Assembly (NCBI GenBank): GCA_951406725.2
Contig: OX597818.1
Span: 117,924,001 to 117,988,000, forward strand
Length of the DNA stretch: 64,000 nucleotides
DNA from: Octopus vulgaris
Lineage: Eukaryota
Direction of reading: 5' to 3'
Under the pieces are notes generated by a model. It had not been told where the DNA came from, ran no database searches, and worked only from the letters and a program-made list of their open reading frames with translations. Below, one piece after another: positions 28,209 to 42,565 of this stretch (position 1 is its first letter; each line of letters opens with the position of its first letter). The position numbers were made by a program, and so were the translations under genes.

Positions 28209-29049
28209 ATATATATGAATATATATGTATTTATAAAAACATATACACATACAGAAACACACACACACACACACAGATATATGTATATTTATGCGGGGGA
28301 TGTATATGTATATACATATAGATTACTTTCAGAAAAAAGTCCAGTCTTTTGGAAATATATGTCGAGAAATGTTGTATATAGGTGTGTTAAATTTTTCACA
28401 GCTACTTAACTGTTTCAAGATTATGTCAGGTCACCCATAACTCTAAATGTTATACGACAAATCTGATATAATTCCGACATAATTTTTTTTCTCCCTTATT
28501 TAAGATATATGTTACGCTCTATGCTCAAAAACATTTCAGATTTTACATTTCTGAACATCTAAAGTAAATCAGAAATAGGAGCCAACTAGGAAGTGGGTAT
28601 CTCGCTGGAGGACCTGATAGAATTGCCGCTAAATCTCCTTCAAATTGTACCAAATGAATTTAGACGAAATCGAGACAGATCTCGAAGAATGTGCTTTCTT
28701 TTAAAACTTTTTTTGAAAATAATTTAATTAGAGAAGCAAAAGTAACAGTTATATGAAGCTTTTCAGACTTTCGAAACTGGTACAGTGGTGAACGAATTTT
28801 TCATCAGCTGGAACATCAGAGCAGAAAATCTACCACAGGGAATACTTCACTAAAGGTTGCCAAGTAGCAGTAGTATATGTACTACAAACAAGATGAGCAT
28901 TCTGTCCACTGGATTTCGTTCAAAGTAAAAATTCTGTAAAATTATTTCCTTGGGGAAGAAGACGAAGCCGTAATTGGATTGCCACTCAATGCTACTTTGC
29001 TCAGACAAGAACACCATGGTTACTCAATACGCCGACAAGAGCAATTTAC

Positions 29050-29395
29050 ATCAAAATATACGTCAATATCACCAGCCCCTTTCCACACGCACATACAATC
29101 TGTCACATACACACGCATATTTTGGGATCACCACTACTTTATTATCTCCCTTTCTTCCTAGCTCTTCTGTGTCACTCCTCTGTCCGGCATTCGCCATGAT
29201 AGATCGCTGGGAACTATACTTTTTGCTATTTTATGTCCCTGTTTCTTTCTGCGTTCTTTTCTGTTGAAGAGCGTAGGCTCGAAACGTAAAAGACTTTCTC
29301 ATTTCCCGAGCGTTAAACTTATAATTCTGTTTGCTATTTACACACACGTTTTCGTCTTTTGTGTTCTTTTTTTCTTTGTAAAATCTCACTATATC
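29050..29395 (+). mobile_element. PLE-type terminal repeat with HHR-like motif (29255-29293)
   Basis: TCTTTT CTGTTGA A GAGC GTAG GCTC GAAAC GTA AAAGA. Related segments lie at 11160 and 40118 on the opposite strand. Confidence 0.6.
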
Positions 29396-29776
29396 AAAAT
29401 ATAGTTGCTTGTTTCTATATAAGGGCATATGCAAATTTCAAAATTTAGGATAAAACACAATAAACAATCGATGATTGCTTCCAATACTTTAGCTTGTTTT
29501 GGTAGGGTTTATGAAATTTACTAGCATGTGACATGTCATTTCAAATGTTTTTTTCGACAAAGCCTGCCAAAATGGCCAACCTACCAGTGTTATTCAAACT
29601 ACGATTGGATAATAGCTAATTTACTCTCAAGGAAGCATTTGCCATGATATTAACATCACTACAATTAAACGAAATAATTTATCTGCTGAGGAAAATAACG
29701 TAATTGTCCGAAAACTTACGTACACAAACACACAAAAGCACACGCACATATACCCATGGACGCATGAACACACAAC

Positions 29777-29814
<38 letters not shown>

Positions 29815-29819
<5 letters not shown>

Positions 29820-30265
29820 TTTGATGGAATATTATTCCTGACTTACAAGGAAATATATGTATATATATATATACATATATATATAGGTATATATATATAT
29901 ATGTATATTTATACATATATGCATACATATATATATATATTAAATTAGAGATAAAACCACTATTAGGCAAATCAAACAGTGAAAAACATAAGCCATTACA
30001 TAAAATTAATTTAAAAATATAAAAGTAAAAATAAAAAATTATTTAAATAATTAAACTTATAAATTTTATATATATATATACAAAATATATATATATATGT
30101 ATGTATATTTTTATATTTATATATTATTTTATTAATTAATTAATTAATTTTTTTTATATCAAAAGTATTTAAAATTTTAATAAAAGATAAAGAGTAAAAC
30201 ACTACGATCGTTTCATTTAAATTCAATTAATAATTCGAGTTATGGTTACAGTCAATCTTCAGTCA
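29815..30265 (-). mobile_element. AT-rich PLE-type terminus with HHR-like motif (30198-30265)
   Basis: Reverse complement GAC TGAAGA...GAAAC GATC GTA GT. AAAACCACTATT and CTTACA.GGAAA segments are shared with 33190-33430 and 58230-58480. Confidence 0.5.
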
Positions 30266-30349
30266 ATATACATACATACATACATACTAAAATACAAGCA
30301 TACACATATTCACACCCACACTCATATCTGTTTGTCCGCGTTGGTAAGG

Positions 30350-30700
30350 GAACGGCATCAGACAAAAGCCACCACAAATTTAGAAAGCACATTGTGACTA
30401 GTGGTGTATATACGAATGGGTTGAGCAAGAATCTTCCCATCAATAGACAGAAGCGATATCCCACGAGGATTATCACTAACAATGCTGTTTCTTTTGTTCT
30501 TATAAAGATGTTGAATTGAGGCATTCTTGAACTCCTGTGGAACATGGCCTACCATCCAAATATTTATGAAGAGGTCACGTACTTTCTTTAAAAAGCTTCT
30601 GTCCATCATGCTTGTAGGTCAAGAGGGACAGCATCCCTGCCAGGTGCTTTACCAGAAAAGTTCTGTTTAACAGTTTACCACTTCCAGGAAGATTGAATCT
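30350..30700 (-). mobile_element. RTE-clade LINE RT fragment
   Basis: APGRD..P...LFINIW..GHVPQEFKNASIQHLYKNK...DNPRGISLLSIDGKILA. Confidence 0.85.
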
Positions 30701-30929
30701 CTGATATAAAACCAGGTCTTTCATTCCTGAAGATCTCCTTAACAGGGTTGTACTATCAGCAAACTCTGACTCATATGGTAGAATAGGTCCCTATTTTTCA
30801 GTATTCATTTCGCGCATGCGCATTGCCTGTTTCTGATTTTGTCGACAACGCACTATAGTAGGGGCCTTTCGACAACGTCTTTGAAAAAACAGCATCATGA
30901 TGCAATTCACTCTGCCAGAATTTGGAAGC

Positions 30930-31360
30930 GACATGCTATACGGGCGTCAATCTGAGGACAGTGAAACGTGAGGACATACCGAGATTGGTAAAAGTCAAAC
31001 ATCCAGTAAACATCATGTTGTTTGTAGCGATCTGTAGTGATGGCTACTTTATACCCCCATTCATTTTCCCACACGGCCCCAGACTCAACACAGAGGCCTA
31101 CATTACTTGCCTGGAGGAGGTAGTGCTGCCTTGGGTGAAGAGAGTGGCTTCTGGAAGATACTCAGTCTGGCAACAAGACTCTGCACCATACCACACAAGC
31201 AAGAGGACGCAATCATGAATGTCAGACAATTTCTGCGACCACATCACCCCTAACATCTGGCCACCTAACTGCCCAGACAGCAAGCCCTTTGCTTATATGT
31301 TTGGCCCCGTTGAGGGAGAGGCCAACAAAACTCCTTGTAACACAAAACGACGAATTGAAT
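30930..31360 (+). mobile_element. Tc1/mariner-superfamily (maT/DD37D-like) transposase fragment
   Basis: KHPVNIMLF...WQQDSAPYHTSKRTQS*..NF...IWPPNCPD, with an internal stop. Confidence 0.88.
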
Positions 31361-31570
31361 GAAATTTATAGAAAAAAAGCCGCAATAATTATGCACCATC
31401 TTAATATAAGAATCACAACAATCTATATTTGGTGAAGGCTATATGAAAATGTTACACACATTTTACTTAATCCTTTCAACGTCTCTCTTTTTATATTGAA
31501 AGTATGTTGCAATTTTTAAACATATGTCTACAATGTAATTTCAGGAACATCATTATTATTTCTTAACATA

Positions 31571-31661
31571 CAGTAATCCCTCAACTATCGCGGGTACTAG
31601 GTTAAAAAAAAACCCGCGATACGTGAAAATCTGCGAAATAGAAACAGTAATTCATTATATG

Positions 31662-31711
<50 letters not shown>

Positions 31712-32207
31712 AATATATTATTTTTATAATTTTGATATTTTCTCCATAAGTCATCTGACTGCGGCACCGCTTTTAGTCGAACCAGTCGACCCCAGGTCTT
31801 ATTCTTTCTAAGCCTAGTACTTAATCTATCGGTTTCTTTTCCCGAACCACTAAGTTACAGGGACGTAAACACACCAACATCCAGTTGCCAAGCGAGGATG
31901 ATGGCGGACATATACAGACTCACAAATCCATACATACATACATATACATATATATACGACAGGTTTCTTTCAGTTTCCGTCTATCAAATCCACTCAAAAG
32001 TCCTTGGTCGACTTGAGGCTATAGTGAGACTGAACCCGGAACTATGTGGTTGAGAAGAAAGCTTCTTGCCACACATCCACTCCTGCGCCTCTATATATTT
32101 TATTATAAATTCAAAATAACACCACAGAGGAATCTTCGTAAACTTGAATAATAAACCGCGATAGGTGAACTGCGATAGGTGAACCGCGATTTGGCGAGGG
32201 ATTTTTG
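31571..32207. mobile_element. pogo/Tigger-like MITE with a nested SINE
   Basis: TA-flanked TIRs CAGTAATCCCTC..TATCGCGG / CCGCGATTTGGCGAGGGATTTTTG and subterminal CGCGATAGGTGAA repeats. Confidence 0.8.
31745..32089 (-). mobile_element. SINE family B nested in the MITE
   Basis: Reverse complement is colinear with the 9243 copy. Confidence 0.85.
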
Positions 32208-32378
32208 TAATATGTCGAGATGAATTGTACAGTTACGTAACCCTTTAAAAATGTTTTTTTTACCGTATATTTTGAGTTGAAATCATTATCCTTCTATGTT
32301 TTTCCACAGTCTTTGATTGCTGAAACTATTAAACTCATTTGAATGCAATGCATGTAAATATTTTTCGTTTTGCTATAG

Positions 32379-32595
32379 CAAAATTACAGCCAAGACAACA
32401 GCAGGCGATCTGAAGAGAATGGTATACCGCAAGTACAAACTCCCCGTCGAACACCAGCGGTTGATTGTGTCACATAAAGTACCAAAAGAGAATGATTTTT
32501 TATCAATGTATGATGTGAAAGAAGGTAGTGGTGTGTTCCTGTACCTCGTTCCTGCGAAAAAAGATAACTCCTCAACAGCAATATATGATAGATAT
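32379..32595 (+). CDS. Exon encoding a ubiquitin-like domain (HOIL-1/RBCK1/SHARPIN-like Ubl)
   Basis: Polypyrimidine + TAG acceptor at 32378 and GTAAGT donor at 32596. KITAKTTAGDLKRMVYRKYKLPVEHQRLIV...LSMYDVKEGSGVFLYLV fits the beta-grasp Ubl pattern (T..DLK, P...QRLI, L..Y.V..G..V.L). Confidence 0.78.
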
Positions 32596-33158
32596 GTAAG
32601 TTCAAAAGATGAAATGTCCAACAGGGGAGTAAGTTCTCCATTATGAGAGTAAGTCCTTGTAGGTTGATAAACATTTCATGAACAACCAGTTTGAATATCC
32701 ACTTGCCAAGTGCTTTGAAAGTCCATGTTGCTTCAGCAGTTCCTCTTCATCTCGCATGGAAATGTTTCGAATGTTCTTATGAATACACCGTTTTCCACAT
32801 TGGCTGTAAAATATTCAATGAAACAAAATGTAGATGTTACGAAATACCATACAGCTAACTAATGAGCGCATTCGAGGAATACTTTAAAAATTACGGAAAA
32901 ACATAGAAATGTGCAGAAAGAGGAGGATGCGACCCATTGGCAAGTAAAATAGTTAATACAAGTTTCAAAACATTGAAAGACGAAAACCACACAAAATTAT
33001 CGCAAAATAAAATGAAAACGTGCTCTAATAGTGTATTTTTAAAAAATTTCTTTCTCCATCTCTTCTTGCTTTTTATTTGTTCAAATATATCTATGTCTCT
33101 GCTTGAGTATCTCCTGACTGCCGCTCTTCTTCCCTAATCTCTCTCTCTTTCTCTGCGA

Positions 33159-33183
<25 letters not shown>

Positions 33184-33194
<11 letters not shown>

Positions 33195-33354
33195 ATTCGA
33201 GACAAAACCACTATTTTGCAAAACAAACAAGGAAAGACTTAATCAATACATAAACATTTTTTTATTTCTTTATATTAAAAATTTTTATGTATTGATTAAG
33301 TCTTTCCTTGTTTGTTTTGCAAAATAGTGGTTTTGTCTCGAATTATATTATATA
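33184..33354. repeat. Perfect ~70-bp-arm hairpin (fold-back of a PLE-type terminus)
   Basis: 33184-33254 is the reverse complement of 33284-33354. Confidence 0.95.
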
Positions 33355-33458
33355 ATATTTTACTATAAAATCGGATTTAATCCTAAATCTGATTTTTCCC
33401 TGTAAATTTGGATTTATTTCCTAATATTTATTATTATATATATATATATATATATGCA

Positions 33459-33591
<133 letters not shown>

Positions 33592-33596
33592 CGTGT

Positions 33597-33912
33597 GTGG
33601 AGGCGCAATGGCACAGTGGTTAGGGCAGCGGACTCGCGGTCGGAGGATCGCGGTTTCGATTCCCGACCGGGCGTTGCGTGTGTATATTGAGTGAAAACAA
33701 CTAAAGTTCCACGATGCTCCGGCAGGGGTTGGTGGCGACCCCTGTTGTACTCTTTCGCCCCAACTTTCTCTCAGTCTTTCTTCCTGTTTCTTGAGTAACG
33801 CTGCGATGGACTGGCGTCCCGTCCAGCTGGGGGGAACTCATACGCCATAGAAACTGAGAGACTGGGCCCATGAGCCTGGCTAGGCTTGAAAAGGGCGCAT
33901 AAATAAATAAAT
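33597..33912 (+). mobile_element. tRNA-derived SINE (family A)
   Basis: TGGCACAGTGG A-box, GGTTTCGATTCC B-box, GCGATGGACTGGCGTCCCGTCCAG domain and (TAAA)n tail. Confidence 0.9.
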
Positions 33913-33930
33913 ATATATATATATATATAA

Positions 33931-33961
<31 letters not shown>

Positions 33962-34149
33962 CTCCACGTATCCTATCCGTCTCTCTCTTCTATCTTTTCT
34001 CTTGTCAAACACAATATTTCTCCAGCGTTCGCTACTTTACCTCGTCTGGTCTAACAACCCTCCGTGTTTGTTTTCGTTCGGCTTCCTTTTATGGATCTAC
34101 TGTCCTGTTTTTGCTACCAAATTTGAACCTCCGCAAATGCTAGATGTAG

Positions 34150-34490
34150 CATGACCAACTGAAACAAGATATGCGATAAGGAAGAAAGAAAAGTCGAGAG
34201 ATATGAGAGGTTAGCTTGGGAAGTTAAGCAGTTGTGGTCGATGAAAAAGGTAGCATTAGTACCCATAATTGTCGGAGCCCTGGGAACAGTGAGCAAAAAT
34301 CTCGAGAGGTAGGTAGAAAAAATAGGGTTTGCAATAAGGGTGGAGCACTTACAGAAAACAGCACTGCTTGGAACCGCTCAAATACTCCGGAAGATACACG
34401 AAAAATAAGAGGTGTTACCTTAGTTCTCTGGTAGTGAACAGCTGACACCAAAGTATATTTCTAGTGTTAGAAGCTGTGCAAAGGCAATAA
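34150..34490 (+). mobile_element. R4/Dong-like LINE 3' end with (TAG)n/(TAA)n tail
   Basis: KEERKVERYERLAWEVKQLWSMKKVALVPIIVGALGTVSKNL...LQKTALLGTAQILRKI. Confidence 0.85.
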
Positions 34491-34491
34491 C

Positions 34492-34567
<76 letters not shown>

Positions 34568-34582
34568 ATGATGATGATGATG

Positions 34583-34653
<71 letters not shown>

Positions 34654-34655
<2 letters not shown>

Positions 34656-35207
34656 CCTGAGGCAGTACCAGGCAATGACTCTCTTGGCTTCTGATCTTAA
34701 CTGATTGGAAGTGTTATCATGTACATTGTTTTGTCTTGGTATAAAAGATGGACTACAGCAAATATTCTGCTCAATACCACATATTTACTTGTCAGTTGAT
34801 TGACCTTAACCAGTTGAGCATGTTCCTTAATGGCTGACGATATATGCATCTCTGATAACATGCAGGATTAGTGGGAAAGCATCATGGCCATGTGCTGAGA
34901 GGAAGTTTGGGGGTTTTGGATAATTCCCCTATGGAAACATGGGTATTTTGTTCAGCATCCTTAAACAAACCTTATTCAGGCACCTTTTAAACGGGATATA
35001 CTACTGGATCTGAAAAAATTCTAACTGGGACCCACCTGCAAGGTCATGTGCTGTTTATCTTGATATGAGATCATCATGTCGCGCACGTATGTTTGTGATG
35101 CATGTGCCTGGTGTACCTTTATCAGACGGGTAGTCATGATGCGTATACTGGGCTTCGTATATTTTACCCCAGTGTCACTTTGATGCTATGCACTGCTTTC
35201 TTTCTCA
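34654..35207 (+). mobile_element. ~560-bp non-coding repeat flanked by trinucleotide microsatellites (family D)
   Basis: Homologous over its full length to 39219-39904 and to the reverse complement of 43796-44352. Confidence 0.88.
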
Positions 35208-35219
35208 ATAGTAGTAGCT

Positions 35220-35271
<52 letters not shown>

Positions 35272-35787
35272 CAGCAGCAACAACAGCACCAGTAGCAGTA
35301 GCAGTAGTAGTCGTAATATTAGTAGTAGTAAAATAACAACAACAATGTCATCATCATCATCATCGTCATCATCATCATCACCGTTAGTAATGTTATTGCA
35401 CGGGTGATCAGAATTAATACGAGTATTGTTTGTGGGGATAATAAGTAATCGATAATTATTGAACATGTTAATGAATTATTTTCTGATTAGAGTCTTTGGC
35501 CGGATGTATAATAATATCACTTGTGTAGGTGGAGAAATGTTCAGGTTAATTATAAATGGTTATGATAAAATTAATTGCATAGCTATATAGCATGATTAAC
35601 TAATAAGTTCGTACGCCAATGGTTATCTAATGTTAATAACATACGAAGCGCATACATAAATACACACACACACACGAGCACATACATAAATACATGCAAA
35701 TGTATTTAGTTAATTGGAAATTTATGTGACATAAGACAAGTCGTAGGCCATCGCATATTTAATAATTATATATATATATACATACAT

Positions 35788-35830
<43 letters not shown>

Positions 35831-35912
35831 TACACATACACACACGCAAACATATATATCCACATACATACTTGTATATATATATATCTACACACACACA
35901 TATATATATATG

Positions 35913-35984
<72 letters not shown>

Positions 35985-38086
35985 TTCTATATATGCACAC
36001 AAGCAAACATAAATTAAAGGCTGAATTGCCTGTTTATTTCAATCACCATCTTGTATAACCTTGTAGTCTTTCAACAGTTGTTTTTGAGTTTTTGAGTTAT
36101 ACGTGATCAATATATATTTCACTATATATTTCAATAGATAATATATAATGATAAATTGTAAGAGGTAAGATAAAAGTTTAATTAGGTTTATAATTAAAGT
36201 TTAAAGATTCAAAATGTCATTTCAACTTTTCCCTGTCGTATACAGACACTTGTCAGAATGCAAGCCACTTCAGCAAAAAATATGTTGCTTCTAAAATCGT
36301 GTTCTTTAACTTAACAAATATTAAACTAAAACAAAAGAGACGAGTTACTGTGTAATGAAGTTAAACAAACAAACGCTTACTTAGTTGGACAATTAACCAT
36401 TCACCTAATTAAAAAGATGGAATTGAACCAATGCCTGTGTTAACAATATTGGTATAATGATTCTCCCTAGACACAACAAATCTTGAAAGCATGTATTCAG
36501 GTAAAGAATCTTGCAAACCAGATGCAAAAGCAAAGTGGAAGTGTTAAGCTTTATATTCAAATTTGAAAAGTTTCCTTCTAAAGAATTGTATATTACAAAA
36601 CGGCATCGTAAAAATAGTAAAGAAGTGAGAAATTTAGCAGTTACAAAGTTCGAACATTGAACCTGCCTACATTCTTATCAAATTCTTGTTTACTTTTTTC
36701 TTGTTTCATAGATAGGACTTGGGGATACCGAAATAAAATTTTGAAAATGGAAGTTGATTTCGAGTTTAGCATGAATAGAACTACTCTCGTGCTAAGGTGC
36801 AATATTTTTATCAGTCTTTAGAACGATGACTGTGGAGGCAGATGGACTAGTGGTTAGAGTTGCGGACCTGAGGTTGTGGGATCGCGACTTCGAATCTCAG
36901 ATCGGACAATGTCCTTCAGAGCTAGGCGGAACTAAATCGTGTCAGAAGCAACTGCGATGCGACAAAATAAGTATTTCGAGGTTTGTGCAGCTTCTCTATG
37001 TTACGTATGTGTATTACAGAACAAAATCGAAGCAACTGTAGAAATAATGTAAAAAATAAAAACAATACGCAAAGGCGTTGAATAAGGAAAAGGATATTTC
37101 AATTATGAAAACAGCCCTGTAGTAAAAACAATAGCATAGTCAATGTAAGTATGGGGAGCCACAAGAACGGCGACATACGGATCTGAGGCTCTACAGGACA
37201 CGTTTTGGGTGAATTCATTTTGCTTAGCTCAGAAGTATATTGCCTGTATTATTTTTTAGACCATACGTCTATAAATGTGCATGTGTGAGAGAGATTGTGT
37301 AACTAAGTGAGAGGGAGAAAGAGGGAGAGAGAGAGAGAATTTTTATATTCATGTAAAATAATCTTACATTATTCGAATGAAATCCTACAAACAACCGCCA
37401 AATAGGTTTGTTTGGTTATTTTCTTCTGCTTCCAGTTTTTGTTTTTTTTTAAGATTTTTCCTTTCCATTCCATACCTTATGTAATGTCGATGTTACCAAA
37501 TTCTATGAATAAAGATCCTTGAAGCATTCAGAATTTAAATGGCGCTGAGAGACTCATTTTTTTCTTTCTTTAGCTGTATTTCACTAGTAGACAGAATGGA
37601 GAGAGTCGTTATTGAATATTGAATCAGAATGAATTCTTGTAAATTACGCATTCATAAAAAACCACTCTTTTGAATTATGTCTCACGGTAGCATTTTTGTG
37701 ACATATCTCAAGATATTTCACCTCCTTTTGAACATGTTGCAAAGATAAAGAAAAAAAACACCGGCAACCTGAAGAAAAGACATCGTTCAATAGACATTCT
37801 TCTGTACACCTGTTATTTCGTATAATTTTATTATTTTATTTATTACGTAGTTTTGATTCTATTAATTTTTGCGTTTATATTAACACGCTGAATTTTATCT
37901 TTTTATTGTTAGCATGACATATTCCCTTTGGCATAATGTCAACATTCTTAGCCTCTAAAGATATGTGCAGAAAGTTTGCAGGCATAGAAACAAAACTGAG
38001 AAAACACAGGATTCTCGACCACAGTAATGCAGATTTTAAAAAAATGTATCTTACAGAAGCAGAGACATGCCAAAGTAAATATATAC

Positions 38087-38318
38087 GTTTCTTTATTACC
38101 CACAAGGGGCTAAACACAGAGGGGACAAACAAGGAGAGACAAAGGGATTAAGTCGATTACATCGACCCCAGTGCGAAACTGGTACTTTATGTATCGACCC
38201 CGAAAGGATGAAAGACAAAGTCAACCTCGGCGGAATTTGAACTCAGAATGAAACGACAGACGAAATACTGCTAGGCATTTTGCCCGCCGTGCTAACGTTT
38301 CTGCCAGCTTGCCGCCTT
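38087..38318 (-). mobile_element. SINE family C monomer
   Basis: Reverse complement of the 26501 unit. Confidence 0.88.
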
Positions 38319-39047
38319 ACAAGCTTGCAATTCGAATTTAACACAAACACATGCAATTCCAAAAAGCTCTGCGAAAATACAATAGTAAATTTATAGTCTT
38401 TCCTCTCCCTTGTTCCTCTTCCTTTTTAAATAAAATACATTGAGATATAAATGATCGTCTCCAAACGTTATCCTATACCGTGTCGATAATTTGTGTACTT
38501 CCCATGGGTGTGATGGTCACACCCTTGACATATATAGAAAGCATTTGTTTATACTTTTAATCAATTAGGCCTTAAAATTACAGTAGCTACTAATCTGTCT
38601 ATATCCTTAAATCCTTAAAAAATGTTTCAGCCCGAAAGCTCTGACGATGCTGGGGCGGCACCGTTGAGTGTGGTACACTAGTGTGTGAAACCACCTCTGA
38701 TACGTTCCCCTTGGTCAACAAGGGAGTTCGCATCTGTGTTTCCTGCCGAGAGGTAGGTTCATCTGGAACCCCTGACAAGAAGACATCCAGTTTAGGTTTG
38801 AAGAATAGTTGGTTATTTAGATGTTTCTCTTGATCTAAACTCCTCGTATAAACGGTTCCATTAGCCTAATGTCACCCTCCTGTAATATTTAGAAATCTGA
38901 TAGCTAATATTTGTAACAGAGTGTCTAAAATCTCTTCGCCTAAAGAAATTTTCGAGAAACCTGCCCCTATTATAGCAACGCCTTAGAAAATAGTGGCTTC
39001 AAATAAAAATTAATATATATATATATATATATCCTCTAATACTTAGC

Positions 39048-39904
<857 letters not shown>

Positions 39905-40026
39905 ATAATAATAATAATAATAATAATGATAATAATCAGCAACTCACAGATACCGGAAATATTTAATAGGCGTTCTATGAAATGATCATATATCTACTGA
40001 CCCAATGTGATGAGTATCATTACATG

Positions 40027-40073
<47 letters not shown>

Positions 40074-40258
40074 TTATATATGTATAGGCACACACACACG
40101 CACATATATATATATATGGTTGAAATTTACAGAGAAAAAGATGAAGACAGGAGTATAAACAACAAGCAGGTGTATTAGTTCGATGCTTGGGAAATACTAT
40201 ATATAGTAGAGGTCACTTGCCCAAGGTGCCGCGTAGAGGGCCTGAACCTAGAATCTTG

Positions 40259-40325
<67 letters not shown>

Positions 40326-40748
40326 GTATATATACATATATATATATATAAATATATATATATATACATATATATATACGTATGTGTGTGTGTACGTCTG
40401 TTTGTGTATGACTTGGGTGGCGGTACCATCCTGTCCGCATCCGATCATAGACTAATGATACGTTACTTGTGTTGTCCAGTAAAGATGTCGTCAGAAACTC
40501 AACTTGAAATTAATTTACACCTTATTGTCGCTGTTTTTGGCTTTGTTTTTATTCAGGTGAAAATGCGTGGGATGCGCCCACGAAACATTAACACTTACGA
40601 ACGAAAGTCAATCTTATTTTGAAGTAATGTAGAATTACAACCAAATACGTTGAATGTCACATTCTTTCATCTGTCCACTCACATGTACATAAACATTCAT
40701 ATATACGTACACAGACACACACACTCACTCACATTCATACACACACAT

Positions 40749-40803
<55 letters not shown>

Positions 40804-40872
40804 TGTGTATGATTGTGTGCTCGTTTGCGTGTGCCTGTATGAATATATATATATACATATATACATATATGC

Positions 40873-40927
<55 letters not shown>

Positions 40928-41111
40928 CATACATATATATATATATATCCATGTACAAATATAAATTCTGCTTTATCAGGTCTGATGTTCTAAAAACATG
41001 CAAAGGAAAGTAGTGTGCAATTAAAGAGATTTAAGTGCATTTTCATGTAACACTGTTTATATGTCTACTTGCATGGAGTAACATTTCTCAGTTACATTCT
41101 TTCATTACATG

Positions 41112-41149
<38 letters not shown>

Positions 41150-41497
41150 TATGTATGTGTGTACGTGTATACGGAGCAATCGTGAGTCACACAAAGATAT
41201 AAATAGTCAGATACGAAGTAAAGCAAACTGGAGATTATACTTGCTGATCTTTTGAAATTTCATGTTCCGGGGATAATTATCTCCTCAAACCTAATTGTGT
41301 ACCCATGTGAACAGCATATATACATATGAAATGGTAAAACCGTTTTATAATTCTTGAGCTATAGAATGAAATCACACAGACAGAAAAACAAAAACGGATG
41401 GCAAGAACGAACTGAGCTACAGGTTATCGCAAACCGGAGGAGGAAATGCTGTGTGTGTATAAGTAAAGTATTGTAAACTTATGCACCATGTAAAAAA

Positions 41498-41706
41498 GGG
41501 CGGCGAGCTGGCAGAAACGTCAGCACGCCGGGCGAAATGCGTACCCGTATTTCGTCTGCCGTTACGCTCTGAGTTCAAATTCCGTCTTTCATCCTTTCGG
41601 GGTCGATTAAATAAGTACCAGTTACGCCCTGGGTGTCGATATATTCGACTTAATGCCTGTGTTTGTTTGTTATCTCTATGTTTAGCCCCTTGTGGGCAAT
41701 AAATAA
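41498..41706 (+). mobile_element. SINE family C monomer
   Basis: GGCGGCGAGCTGGCAGAAACG...CCCCTTGTGGGCAATAAA. Confidence 0.88.
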
Positions 41707-42086
41707 ATACGGTAGGATGAAAAAGAGAATTGGGAAATGCAAATTGAATAAAATTAAAACCGAAGAGTTTAGGAATCCGCATATCCTTATTTACAAGCAC
41801 AAAGATTAGACATTCACAGCGCGCCCACGAGCATCCACATACATACGTACATGCATGTGTACACTCACATGCCCTCAACATTTCCCCTCTCAGTTTGCAA
41901 AACATTATTTCGTTGTTCATTTTTATGTTCCTAAAAAATATTTTATCGTGCATATAACTAGATTTTATATTACCGTATGTAGTCGGTAGTACATGCAATT
42001 TTTGCTTGATACTTGGAGCTGTGTAGAAAGGACGATTGAACTGATATTATGACATTTAATTCACAAAATATTCAAGGTACAACATT

Positions 42087-42565
42087 TTTTTCTACTCAAG
42101 GCACAAGGCCCGAAATTTTGTGGGAGGGGGCTAGTCGATTAGATCGACCCCAGTACGCAACTGGTACGTATTTAATCGAACCTGAAATGATGAAAGGCAA
42201 AGTCGATCTCGGCGGAATTTGAACTCAGAACGTAGTGGCAGACGAAATAGCGCTAAGCATTTCGCCTGGCGTTCTAACGTTTCTTATTCCTTTACTGCAC
42301 ACAAGGGGCTATACACAGAGGGGACAAACAAGGACAGACAAACGGGTTAAGTCTATTATATCGACCCCAATGCGTAACTGGTACTTATTTAATCGATCCT
42401 GAAAGGATGAATGGCGGAATTTGAACTCAGAACGTAATGGCAGACCCCGAAAGGATGAAAGGCAAAGCCGACCTCGGTGGAATTTGAATTCAGAACGTAG
42501 CGGTAGACGAAATAACGCTCAGCTCTTCACCCGGCGTTCTAACGATTCTGCCAGCTGACCGCCTT
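42087..42565 (-). mobile_element. SINE family C multimer with a 16-bp TSD
   Basis: TTCAAGGTACAACATT at 42071-42086 and 42566-42581 flanks several partial units. Confidence 0.9.

Noticed and set aside
40557-40622. Possible terminal exon ([21 protein letters not shown]) after a strong acceptor, in phase with the Ubl exon
   Set aside because: There is no homology support, and similar acceptor-like sites occur at 36711, 37573 and 43250, so it cannot be chosen without RNA data.
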